From assembly GCA_964609895.1 (NCBI GenBank), contig CAZSTG010000002.1, positions 3,362-67,361 on the forward strand: DNA of 64,000 nucleotides, given 5' to 3'. The translations under genes were made by a program, and so were the position numbers. The notes below the pieces were generated by a model, which saw nothing but the letters and a program-made list of their open reading frames with translations, was not told the origin of the DNA and ran no database searches. Origin of the DNA: an uncultured Gammaproteobacteria bacterium (GTDB lineage: Bacteria; Patescibacteriota; Microgenomatia; UBA10105; UBA927). Below are positions 47,632-58,586 of this stretch, one piece after another; the stretch's first letter is position 1; each line of letters starts with the position of its first letter.

Positions 47632-47955
47632 ATGCTTACCGGCGTGAGACTCAAGGAAAAATCGAGAATGTTTGAAAAAAAGATGCGGGGGCCTGCACAT
47701 ACGATCAGGCTTTCCATTATCTATCTTCTGGCACACGGCGAGCTGTCGCTGCATGAAATCGTTTTGGATATTGATAAACCGCAGAATCTTGTGTCGCATC
47801 ATATGAAAATTTTGGAAAAAAGCGGATGGGTGACAAAACGATCAGAAGGCAGGGAGGTCTATTATCATCTGATTGACCGAGGTTTTTTTGAACTGCACCG
47901 GATGCTTGTTGATACGCCGTTTTATCACACGAAACTGATGAAACGGTTGAAATAG
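47632..47955 (+). CDS. ArsR/SmtB family transcriptional regulator
   Basis: H.IRLSII..L, QNLVSHHMKILEKSG and R.GREVYY motifs. Confidence 0.88.
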   Translation: MLTGVRLKEKSRMFEKKMRGPAHTIRLSIIYLLAHGELSLHEIVLDIDKPQNLVSHHMKILEKSGWVTKRSEGREVYYHLIDRGFFELHRMLVDTPFYHTKLMKRLK

Positions 47956-47958
47956 CAT

Positions 47959-47979
47959 GGAGAGGGTCAGACCCTCTCC
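47959..47979. repeat. Single REP abutting the RAYT stop codon
   Basis: GGAGAGGGTCAGACCCTCTCC. Confidence 0.9.
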
Positions 47980-48645
47980 TTATTCTTCATTGTCGAGAAG
48001 ATACGCGTCCATCGTCCATTCGACTTTTTTCTGTGCTTCGTCGGTGTCTTCGACAAATGATTTGTAAGACGTAAATGTTTGTTGTGATGGGATATTGGAA
48101 CTAAATGATGAAAGAATAATATGCGGATTGACCCATGAAATATTTTTGAGTCCTAGATATTGTGCATAAGATGAATGTGCTGTTACTAAATCAACACCGA
48201 GTTTTATGGGATTTCTATGAATGTATCGTGATATATGGAGGAAATATGCATCATCATCAATCAAAATTGCTTTGTAAACGCTTTCAAATAGTGCGCCGAT
48301 ACGTCGGTATTTTTTATTGAAATACATGGAATATCTTGTGCACACAGATTTGAGAAATGTATGCAGGGAATGTTCATCTTGCTGTTGTATCAGGAAATGA
48401 AAGTGATTGGGCATGAGGCAATAGGCCAGCATGGTGATGGTATCGGAAAAATTTTGGACAGGATCTTTTATGTGTGGACCAATCATTGCCGTCGGGATTT
48501 CTTTTTTCAGCGCCTCTTTAAGTATGTTGAGAAACCGCAGGTAATCTGATTCCTCGAGGAAAATATTCCGTTTCTCCACACCGCGATTGTAGACGTGGTA
48601 TATCCCGTCTAATACAAAAAGTCTTTTTGTATTTTTTCTGGGCAT
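47980..48645 (-). mobile_element. REP-associated tyrosine transposase (RAYT / TnpA-REP, Y1 HUH)
   Basis: YHVYNRG, AYCLMPNHFH (HUH), YFNKKY, YIHRNP (catalytic Tyr) and HSSY; REPs on both sides. Confidence 0.9.
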
Positions 48646-48672
48646 TATGTTCACTATATCACAGAATAGATT

Positions 48673-48726
48673 GGAGAGGGTCAGACCCTCTCTTGAAGCT
48701 AATTTTGCGAGGGTCAGACCCTCTCT
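48673..48726. repeat. REP doublet upstream of RAYT
   Basis: Same palindromes, spacer TCTTGAAGCTAATTTTGC. Confidence 0.9.
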
Positions 48727-48776
48727 GGGGAGAATTGCTACTTGACGAAGTTTTATATTTTCTTTCATACTATATA

Positions 48777-48899
48777 GGTTCGTATGTATTCTGCCCGAAG
48801 ACAGTGCTATGAACTTTAATTATTTCAATAGTGCATATACGGCAACCACAGTTGCCGGATATTCTTTTCTTTTTTAAAGACCCGTACGGGTCTTTTTTT
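48777..48899 (+). ncRNA. Candidate ~120-nt sRNA between two REP doublets
   Basis: TTGACG-18-CATACT upstream; three hairpins; terminator AAAGACCCG-TA-CGGGTCTTTTTTT. Confidence 0.5.
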
Positions 48900-48913
48900 G
48901 AGGAAGTATATTA

Positions 48914-48966
48914 GGAGAGGGTCAGACCCTCGCCTAGCTTCAAAAAAGAGAGGGTCAGACCCTCGC
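48914..48966. repeat. REP doublet in inverted orientation
   Basis: Spacer reads TAGCTTCAAAAAA, the reverse complement of the spacer in the other copies. Confidence 0.9.
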
Positions 48967-49017
48967 TAAGAGGAAATTTGAGGCATATTGAAGAAAATAG
49001 CACTATAGGGTACAATT

Positions 49018-50718
49018 ATGAATATGGCAGAACGAGGATCGACATCAGAACCAATTCAGACTGGCAGTTATCGTCCTGATGGATATAAGCCAGCAACATT
49101 ATCACATAAATTAAAAAATGCGTTAGGTGTGCTGATTATCGGTGGAGGGCTCGCAACCGGTTGTGCTCCAAAAGAGGGTTTCCATCCTACACAGATGCCG
49201 ACTATGGGTGGTGAGACACCCGCTGCAACCTTGGTTGATCCGACACTTGCTCCGACAGAATATATCCTTCCTCCAGCGGCCGCAACAGAAACGTCTGTTG
49301 TGAGCACACCGACACTTCCGATAGAAACGCAGCCCGCACAGGTTCCTTTGGCACTCCCCGGAGTAGAATTTGGTGCCGGCGGACCCGACCTTGTACAAAA
49401 TCCGTTGACCACGGCGTTGCAAAAAGCCGTCAATACTGTGGGATTTGGTGTTGTTTACAGCGGTGAAAACAATGTGAGTGCGGAAACAGGACAAGTATGT
49501 TTTAGTGTTGTTCCGGAAAAACTGGTGAGCGACACCAATGTAAACGGAGAACAGCTTCTGAAAGATGCCACTTCGAAAACTGGTATTGCCGAATACGACG
49601 ATACGCAGGTACTTGGTGAGGTTTCCATTCCCAAAGACACGGAAACAGAAACATTTGCCTGTGTCCTTGGCTATGCGCTTCCTGAAAATACGATGTACCA
49701 AGACGGAACGCTTCGTCAGTTATTGGTACAAACGAACATTGCAGACGGATCCGTCGAAGTAATTGCTTCCATGCAAGCGGGGTTTTCCATGAATGATATT
49801 GTGGAAGTAAAAAATGGTGTTGTTTATGTGAACGGGGAGGTGCAGAACTGGACAGCATTTGAAGGTCAGCAACTTCCTGTGGAAAAAGATTATCGCGCGG
49901 ATTATGAAAAGGTGCAGGCTGATCCGTGGACGGCAACCGAAGCAGAGAAAGCAGGATATGACACGTATGTCCGTCAACAGCTTGCGGCAGCAGGTATCAA
50001 AGACGCCGAAACCTTGTCTGACTATGATCTTTTGGAAGCAGTGATTGAATATCAGCAGGCACTGATTGCTAAAGGTGGGTTGGAAAATCCTGCAGATTAT
50101 TTAGTTGAATTGCCGATTTCCCTTCATGAACTGATCCGGACGGATATGGATAATGTTGTTGCTGTACACCGTGAGCCAAGTCGGGATAATGCAAAATATG
50201 GCATCGGCGGAACTGTTAACCCAAGTCGAGAAGATTTACTTAATGAAATTACGAACATATTTCCGGATTTTTCCATATATGGAACAGTGATGCAGGCGAG
50301 CGCTCATGAGTATCAGATAAATGGTGATTTGATTCTATTATATAGAACTCCTGGTATGGATCCGAGTGTCGGCATTGGTGCGGTTTTAAAAATGTATGAT
50401 GGTGATAAGGTTGCGTATGCGGAGGCGTTAATTTCAACTTCAACTGCACCCATTAATTCAGGAGATTTGTGCATGGGAAATCAAGTAGGAGAGGAAGTTT
50501 TGCCAAAAGCGTGTCCGGTTGGTGCACAAAGAACTCAAGCATATATAAAGGATAAAAGTTGGGAACTTTTTGAATTGTCAGATTTATTAAAAATAATGTC
50601 GGAAAGCGACCATGTGTTACAATTGGAAATGACGAGCGATGGCTCACATAAAGCGGGTGCTCCAATGTGGTCGGATGGAATAAAGATAGCTACTGACATA
50701 ACTATATTAAATAATTAA
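49018..50718 (+). CDS. Putative lipoprotein, orphan
   Basis: Hydrophobic stretch ending LATGC, followed by a P/T-rich linker. Start may be 49024. Confidence 0.7.
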   Translation: MNMAERGSTSEPIQTGSYRPDGYKPATLSHKLKNALGVLIIGGGLATGCAPKEGFHPTQMPTMGGETPAATLVDPTLAPTEYILPPAAATETSVVSTPTLPIETQPAQVPLALPGVEFGAGGPDLVQNPLTTALQKAVNTVGFGVVYSGENNVSAETGQVCFSVVPEKLVSDTNVNGEQLLKDATSKTGIAEYDDTQVLGEVSIPKDTETETFACVLGYALPENTMYQDGTLRQLLVQTNIADGSVEVIASMQAGFSMNDIVEVKNGVVYVNGEVQNWTAFEGQQLPVEKDYRADYEKVQADPWTATEAEKAGYDTYVRQQLAAAGIKDAETLSDYDLLEAVIEYQQALIAKGGLENPADYLVELPISLHELIRTDMDNVVAVHREPSRDNAKYGIGGTVNPSREDLLNEITNIFPDFSIYGTVMQASAHEYQINGDLILLYRTPGMDPSVGIGAVLKMYDGDKVAYAEALISTSTAPINSGDLCMGNQVGEEVLPKACPVGAQRTQAYIKDKSWELFELSDLLKIMSESDHVLQLEMTSDGSHKAGAPMWSDGIKIATDITILNN

Positions 50719-50784
50719 TTTCTTCAATTTCAAACTATTCATATTTCTCTTGATTATTCTCTTCATCACTGATACCGTAGAAGT

Positions 50785-52452
50785 ATGACCAAGTTGTCAT
50801 ATGGCATTATTACAGCTCTGCTTCTTTTAGTAACAGGTGTTTTATCGTTTAAACCGACTGTTGTGCATGTACAGGCCGTGTATCCATCTAGCACTCCGAC
50901 AACAGCGCCTACACGAGAGCCGGATGCATGTACCGGATCGGTTGATTGTAAAGATCCAAGTGTATATGAAGATGCTCCTGATTGTTGCTGTACTGGCTGC
51001 ACAAAAAGTGGTTCTAAAATAGTTGTGGTTGAATGTAGACCTCTCTACGATCTCACTCAGCCTTATGTAGTATGTTCAAATTCTTGTCAGGCAAGTACAG
51101 AGTGTGGGCCAACATTGGTGCCAACAGGATATTATGTCGGGTGTCAGTATTGTCCAGATACATTTGCTTGGACGTATATGCCGCAAGATGACTGTGGAGG
51201 AAGTGCATGCGGATGCGGGGAACGCAGGACAGTATCTGTGTGGTGCAACGGGACACATTGTTATGACACCTGTAGAGCTGACACCTCCTGTACCAATAAA
51301 TGCGGTGTTACGCCGGTGCCGACGTCCACACCGTACGATCCACCTGGACCGGATACGTATTACGGCACCTTGCAGGCAAAAGTGGTCACCGCGTCGGCAG
51401 AGGATCTCAGTTGCACTACCATTGCCGCATCAACAGATTATCTTGCAGGAACGCTTGTGACATTTTCTCCGTATATCGGTGAAGAAAAGCTTCTGACAGA
51501 CAGTGTCCTTACATGGACTAATGTTGCGACATCCGGAATGACTGTATACGGTATTTCCAGTACACCGCCTGGACAATATACACCGGGGAATGTGTGTGTC
51601 TCGTCAAACGGGGGCGCGTATACGCAGGCATCCGCAGGAACGCTGACGGCCAACGGCATTTTGAATTTTGTCATTGCCTACTTACCGCAAAGCGGATGGG
51701 TGCAGACTGTCGGCGGTGATGCATATGCCGCTTCTTCTCTTGTTTCCTCCATTCCTTCGACCATCACAACATATTTTAATCTTGCAGGTGCCATGGGAGA
51801 TGCAGGTATGGTGTCATACGGATCAAGCTATGATTTTGCTTTGAGTTATGCTAGTTTCGGCGAAGAGCTGGTATCGGAAAAGCAATGGTTAGTGCACCAA
51901 GCCAATACGACAACAAATTTTTATGAACATTTTGCGACACAGATGGATGTAGCAGGAAGCGCCACACCGATTGAAACGCTGGTTAATATCAGTAAGCCGA
52001 CGTCCTGTACGTCCTCGCCCTGCGTGTATTATGCAAACGGCGATCTGACTACGGATGCAGCCTCCGCGTGGGCAATTGATGCAGCGGAACAGACAGTTTT
52101 GTTTGTCAACGGGAATGTGACCATACACAGTAACATTACCATTGCCTCCGGTGGATTTTTTGCCATTGTAGCAAACGGCAATATCACACTTGATCCTGCG
52201 GTCACGGAACTTCAGGGAATATATATTGCGTCCAATGCAACCAATAATGCGGTATTTAGCTCCGGCAGCGGATCAACACAGCTTGTGGTGACGGGGTCGG
52301 TGATAGCGGACAATTTCGCGTTGGAGCGGGATCTCGTTTCACTGAATGCAACCACTCCGGGGGAGATCTTTCTGTTCAATCCACAGTTGTTGTTTACGAT
52401 GCCTGACGCGATGAAAGAAACCCCGTACATCTGGCAGGAAGTTGCTCCATAA
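50785..52452 (+). CDS. Secreted protein with Cys-rich N-terminus and beta-helix-like C-terminus ending WQEVAP
   Basis: Signal peptide, about 20 Cys, WVQTVGGD and repeated GN(V/I)T(I/L) units. Confidence 0.75.
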   Translation: MTKLSYGIITALLLLVTGVLSFKPTVVHVQAVYPSSTPTTAPTREPDACTGSVDCKDPSVYEDAPDCCCTGCTKSGSKIVVVECRPLYDLTQPYVVCSNSCQASTECGPTLVPTGYYVGCQYCPDTFAWTYMPQDDCGGSACGCGERRTVSVWCNGTHCYDTCRADTSCTNKCGVTPVPTSTPYDPPGPDTYYGTLQAKVVTASAEDLSCTTIAASTDYLAGTLVTFSPYIGEEKLLTDSVLTWTNVATSGMTVYGISSTPPGQYTPGNVCVSSNGGAYTQASAGTLTANGILNFVIAYLPQSGWVQTVGGDAYAASSLVSSIPSTITTYFNLAGAMGDAGMVSYGSSYDFALSYASFGEELVSEKQWLVHQANTTTNFYEHFATQMDVAGSATPIETLVNISKPTSCTSSPCVYYANGDLTTDAASAWAIDAAEQTVLFVNGNVTIHSNITIASGGFFAIVANGNITLDPAVTELQGIYIASNATNNAVFSSGSGSTQLVVTGSVIADNFALERDLVSLNATTPGEIFLFNPQLLFTMPDAMKETPYIWQEVAP

Positions 52453-52504
52453 CAAAACATTTGTGAGGAGATGTCATACGTAGACTGTGTCAGACATGCA
52501 GAAG

Positions 52505-53308
52505 TTATCCCAGTGAAAAATGGAACAGCGACTGCGAAAGCAGCCAGAGGCCTTCGGACAATATCAGGATTGCGATGAGTATCTGCAACACTTTTACATT
52601 GAGATGCTTTGTGAGCGTTGGTCCAACGATTCCTCCCAGAAAAGCCCCGATGGTCAGATTAATGAGAAGATCGTAGGAAATGACTTTCCCAGACAAAAGA
52701 TAGATGATAAATCCGGTAATACAGATGGGAACTTCGGAGAGTGTTGTTGAACCGATGGATTTTTTTGCATGATTACCGGAGAGCACCTGTCCTCCTGTCA
52801 TCAAGGGACCAAAGCCGCCTCCGGAAATGCCTTTATTGAAGGCTGATATGATGGCAAGTCCGGTTATTTTTTTCCATGAAAAATGAAACCGGCGTTTTAA
52901 CAGAAGAACAATTCCTATGACCGTGACGAGGATGCCAATATAGAGTTTTAATATGTCTTTTGGCAGTTTTACTCCCAATACCGCTCCAACGATGGTTGCG
53001 CCGACCCCCAAGCATCCCACGAGAAGCGAGATACGGAGGTCTTTGGAAATAGAGAGATGTTTTTTTCCGTCATCACCGCTTGCCACGAGCGACGGAAACA
53101 GATCCGCTGTTTTATATTTATTATGGAAAAATGCGGCCATAAATCCGCCGACAGCTTGGGAAATCAGAATGGACGGCACAACGAGATTGGAAGAGAATCC
53201 AAAAATGATAAGGAGCGGCGACAGGATTGTCCCGTATCCCATGCCAAGCCCCGAATCAATGACCTCCATGATGAATGCGAGCACAATCAGTAACAATGCA
53301 TTTTCCAT
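52505..53308 (-). CDS. TauE/SafE (TSUP) family transporter
   Basis: DSGLGMGYGT..SP and GISGGGFGP motifs; about 8 TM helices. Confidence 0.88.
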   Translation of the reverse strand: MENALLLIVLAFIMEVIDSGLGMGYGTILSPLLIIFGFSSNLVVPSILISQAVGGFMAAFFHNKYKTADLFPSLVASGDDGKKHLSISKDLRISLLVGCLGVGATIVGAVLGVKLPKDILKLYIGILVTVIGIVLLLKRRFHFSWKKITGLAIISAFNKGISGGGFGPLMTGGQVLSGNHAKKSIGSTTLSEVPICITGFIIYLLSGKVISYDLLINLTIGAFLGGIVGPTLTKHLNVKVLQILIAILILSEGLWLLSQSLFHFSLG

Positions 53309-53312
53309 ATAG

Positions 53313-55070
<1,758 letters not shown>

Positions 55071-55118
55071 TTATACAATAGATACCAGTATCCATTGCTG
55101 TAGAACGCGCAATGTCCC

Positions 55119-56285
55119 ATGAAACATCTTATCGTCATGCCTTTCGCATTTCCGTGGAACTGGTCTGCGGACTATGAAAAGGAAACAGCACAACAGTTGG
55201 CAAAGAAGCATATTGTAGTCGCGTTTTTGGTCGGAGAAGGGTTCACACTTTGGCAATTTTTTTTGCAGCCACACAAACTAATTGAATCTGTGAACGACCG
55301 ATTATATCTTTATAGACCGTTATATCTGCTTCCTTTTCAACGGTTTTCTGTAATCAGGAATATAAATTTTCGAATTGCATCACTCATGGTGCGCTTGTGG
55401 ATAGCCATGTCGCCTTGGAAAAATAAGCGAAAAATATATTGGTCTTTTTCTTTGCAACATGCGGTGTTTCCAAGCTATTTTGGGAAAAAGTATTTTCCTC
55501 TTTATGACTGTGTTGACGCGTGTGTTTCAGAAAATACGGCATTGCAACGCGCGTGGAAGCGAGATGAAAAGAAAACTATGGCTGAATCAGCAGTAGTTTT
55601 TGTGAATTCATCGACACTGTTCGCGCAAAAAGCAGGTCAGCACCCGCATGTGTTTCAGACAAGTGAGGGGTTATTTAGTCAGGAGATTTTTCAGGACGCA
55701 TATTTGAAAGAAGAACCCGACGATATATCGGTAATTCCGAAACCCCGCATAACATTCCTAGGCAACATAAATACCCGATTAGATTTTTTACTCCTTAACA
55801 AACTCATACAGATGACCCCTCAGTATTCCTACGTATTTATTGGCATGGAGGATGTTGGTTTTGCTGGCCATGCAACCGTTGATTTTTCCCAAGAAATTTC
55901 GCGACTGAAACACATGCCGAATTGCTATTTTTTAGGGAAGAAACTGAAAAATGAAATCCCTCGGTACATACAAAGTAGTGATGTGGGGCTGATACCATAT
56001 GATATTTCTTTAGCATTTAATCGGTATTGTTATCCAATGAAAATTTCAGAGTATTTCTATATGGGAAAACCGGTTTTGTGTACCAACATCGAAGAAGCGA
56101 AAAAACTTGTTCCGTATATCTCATTATTTCATACAGCGGATGAGGGGAAACGTCAGTTACAAAAATTAGTATCCACACCGTTACCACGTTCTTATATCCG
56201 CGCGATGCGTAAGATTGCCAAAAGCAATTCAATTGCAACAAAATGTCAGTATGTAGAAACGGTGCTGCAAAAACAGTGTAGGTAG
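55119..56285 (+). CDS. GT-B glycosyltransferase (TuaH-like)
   Basis: YDCVD, RLDF, DVGLIPY and PMKISEYFYMGKPV motifs. Confidence 0.8.
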   Translation: MKHLIVMPFAFPWNWSADYEKETAQQLAKKHIVVAFLVGEGFTLWQFFLQPHKLIESVNDRLYLYRPLYLLPFQRFSVIRNINFRIASLMVRLWIAMSPWKNKRKIYWSFSLQHAVFPSYFGKKYFPLYDCVDACVSENTALQRAWKRDEKKTMAESAVVFVNSSTLFAQKAGQHPHVFQTSEGLFSQEIFQDAYLKEEPDDISVIPKPRITFLGNINTRLDFLLLNKLIQMTPQYSYVFIGMEDVGFAGHATVDFSQEISRLKHMPNCYFLGKKLKNEIPRYIQSSDVGLIPYDISLAFNRYCYPMKISEYFYMGKPVLCTNIEEAKKLVPYISLFHTADEGKRQLQKLVSTPLPRSYIRAMRKIAKSNSIATKCQYVETVLQKQCR

Positions 56286-56312
56286 TAAGTCTGATACAAT
56301 GCATACAATCAT

Positions 56313-57284
56313 ATGATCATTCCTCAATCAGCCATTATTGCCATTACACTCAACTGCAATTCACGGTGTACGATGTGCAATATCTGGCAAAATCATATCA
56401 AAAATGAGCTTACACCGGATCAGTATCTCAAGCTGCCGTCAACGCTTACTGACATTAATATTACCGGTGGAGAGCCTTTTTTGCGGCGAGATATTGTTGA
56501 AATAGTGCGTAATATGAAAACTGCGGCACCACGTGCACGGTTGATTTTGAATACGAACGGATTTATGACTCATAAGATCGTTGCTGACATGCGGCAGATT
56601 ATCGCCATTGATCCGCATTTTGCATTCCGCGTCTCTTTGGACGGAATAGGAAAGGTACACGACACAATACGGGGAATTCCGGGCGGATACGAAAAGTGTA
56701 TGGAAACGCTCCGTGCTGTACGAGCATTAGGAGTGAAGGATATCGGCATTTCATTTACCCTGATGCAGCAGAACATCGATGAATTGCCAAAAGTGCAGCA
56801 GGTGTGCAAGGAACAGGGATATGAGTTTTCTCTGACAGTGGTCACCAATTCGCCGATTTATTTTGGCGAGAAGAAAGAAGATTTTCGTCCGAAACGCAAT
56901 GTAAAACTGGATAGAATTCTCAAAACTGCCGCAAGAACACATTATCAGTCATATGCTCCGAAGGAAATTATCCGTGGGTGGTTTGTTTCCCGTTTGCTGT
57001 CGTATATACAAACCGGAAAGCGGGTGCTTCCGTGTTATGCAGGATCCGGATTTTTTTACATGGATTCCGTAGGTAACGTGTATACCTGCCATATGAAGCC
57101 GTGGATCATGGGAAACATTACCAAACAATCCTTTCCTGCGATACTGGCCAATCAACATTTTGCACCCCGTGTAGCCAGCTGTAATGACTGCTTCATGGTC
57201 TGTACCGTCAAATCCAGCATGCGGCATCATTTGTTTCAAGTGGCACGCGAAGCAGTGCAAGAGAAAATAACTGCGCATATATGA
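56313..57284 (+). CDS. Radical SAM / SPASM-twitch domain protein
   Basis: CNSRCTMC, TGGEPF, SLDG and CYAG...G.VYTC motifs. Confidence 0.92.
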   Translation: MIIPQSAIIAITLNCNSRCTMCNIWQNHIKNELTPDQYLKLPSTLTDINITGGEPFLRRDIVEIVRNMKTAAPRARLILNTNGFMTHKIVADMRQIIAIDPHFAFRVSLDGIGKVHDTIRGIPGGYEKCMETLRAVRALGVKDIGISFTLMQQNIDELPKVQQVCKEQGYEFSLTVVTNSPIYFGEKKEDFRPKRNVKLDRILKTAARTHYQSYAPKEIIRGWFVSRLLSYIQTGKRVLPCYAGSGFFYMDSVGNVYTCHMKPWIMGNITKQSFPAILANQHFAPRVASCNDCFMVCTVKSSMRHHLFQVAREAVQEKITAHI

Positions 57285-58570
57285 ACGGGGGACATGTCAC
57301 CAACCGGCAGCACATGGGGGATATCAAAAAATATTTTACCGTCGGCATTGTGAGCGGTATGGTGGTGCTTGTTGTCACCAAAGCCTTGCAACTGGGACTA
57401 AAATTGATTGTTGCACGCCTTGGGGTTGAGGAATTCGGTTCGTATTATTATTTCATTTCTTTATACACATCTTTTGTCACTATTGCATCGCTTGGAATTC
57501 CGATGAGCATTACACGGTTTTTTTCCTATTACAGTGGAAAAAAGCAGGAACAGATGCGTGCGCACATCATTCAATCTGCACTGGTGCTCATGGGTATTAT
57601 TGCCGTTGTTTTGACGGGAAGTCTCATGTTTTGCGTATGGCGATTTGCCGGATATTTTACTGCCGCGGCATATACCACAAGTCTGTGGCTGCTTGTGTGT
57701 TCCATCCCATTTTCATTCCTGATTGTCAGCATGAAGGCAGGATTATTGGGGCAGCTGCAGATAAAAAAGAGCTATTGTATTGACGGACTTACGGCACTTA
57801 TTACATTTGGTTGTATTTCTCTTGCGCTTTTTGTTTTTCATGCGGGAGTTGCGGGAGCATTATATGCGTATGCACTCTCCATGCTTGTAACCGCCGCGAT
57901 CAGCGTTTATTTATTCCATTCCTACATTCCCTTTGCTTCATTCTCTTTTCGGATTTCAAAAGAATTTTTTCAGTATACGTGGCCGGTAAGTGTGTCGGAG
58001 ATTTTGACCGCGTCTTCTGCAATTTTCTATGTAACTGTCTTGAAATACTATGGTGGAACAGACGAGGTCGGTCTGTATGGCTTAGCTGTTACCCTTGCAT
58101 CCCTTGTGAATATATTTCCGCAGATCATTCTTCCTGTATTTTTTCCCGTCATTTCCAAGTTGTACAGCAAACACATTTCCATCCGTGAGGTGTATAAGAA
58201 AATTGTTCTATTATTGATTATTACATCGTTGCTATCTGCTGGACTAGTGTTATTAGGAAGCCGCTGGGGGACAGGGTTGTTTTTCGGTTCTTCCTATCTT
58301 CCGGCTCTTCCCATGGTGCCGTATCTTATTGCCGCATACACGGTGTACATTTTGTTTGTGTGGTATAACAGGCAACTTTTGGATATGGCAGGGATGACCA
58401 AGGTAAATTTGTTAGCAACTCTATTGCGTGTAGGAATAACAATTGTAAGCATTTTTTTGTTTCTTCCGCATATCACAGGCATGCAACTTGCTATTGCATG
58501 TGGGATAGGATGGATTAGTGAAGGAGCAATGTGTCTTACTGTTATTTATAAAAAACGACTTCTTCAATAA
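57281..58570 (+). CDS. Wzx-type oligosaccharide flippase
   Basis: ARLGVEEFG, SLGIP, EVGLY; about 12 TM helices. Confidence 0.85.
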   Translation: MNGGHVTNRQHMGDIKKYFTVGIVSGMVVLVVTKALQLGLKLIVARLGVEEFGSYYYFISLYTSFVTIASLGIPMSITRFFSYYSGKKQEQMRAHIIQSALVLMGIIAVVLTGSLMFCVWRFAGYFTAAAYTTSLWLLVCSIPFSFLIVSMKAGLLGQLQIKKSYCIDGLTALITFGCISLALFVFHAGVAGALYAYALSMLVTAAISVYLFHSYIPFASFSFRISKEFFQYTWPVSVSEILTASSAIFYVTVLKYYGGTDEVGLYGLAVTLASLVNIFPQIILPVFFPVISKLYSKHISIREVYKKIVLLLIITSLLSAGLVLLGSRWGTGLFFGSSYLPALPMVPYLIAAYTVYILFVWYNRQLLDMAGMTKVNLLATLLRVGITIVSIFLFLPHITGMQLAIACGIGWISEGAMCLTVIYKKRLLQ

Positions 58571-58586
58571 GCGTTTTTAGTGGAAA

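Noticed and set aside
47980-48645. IS200/IS605 element with TnpB
   Set aside because: No tnpB; the motifs and flanking REPs fit a RAYT.
48646-48768. Longer RAYT start translating a REP doublet
   Set aside because: The family typically begins MPR, matching 48645.
8031-48966. REP doublets as a CRISPR array
   Set aside because: They are dispersed, have at most two units per locus and conserved spacers, and no cas genes are present.
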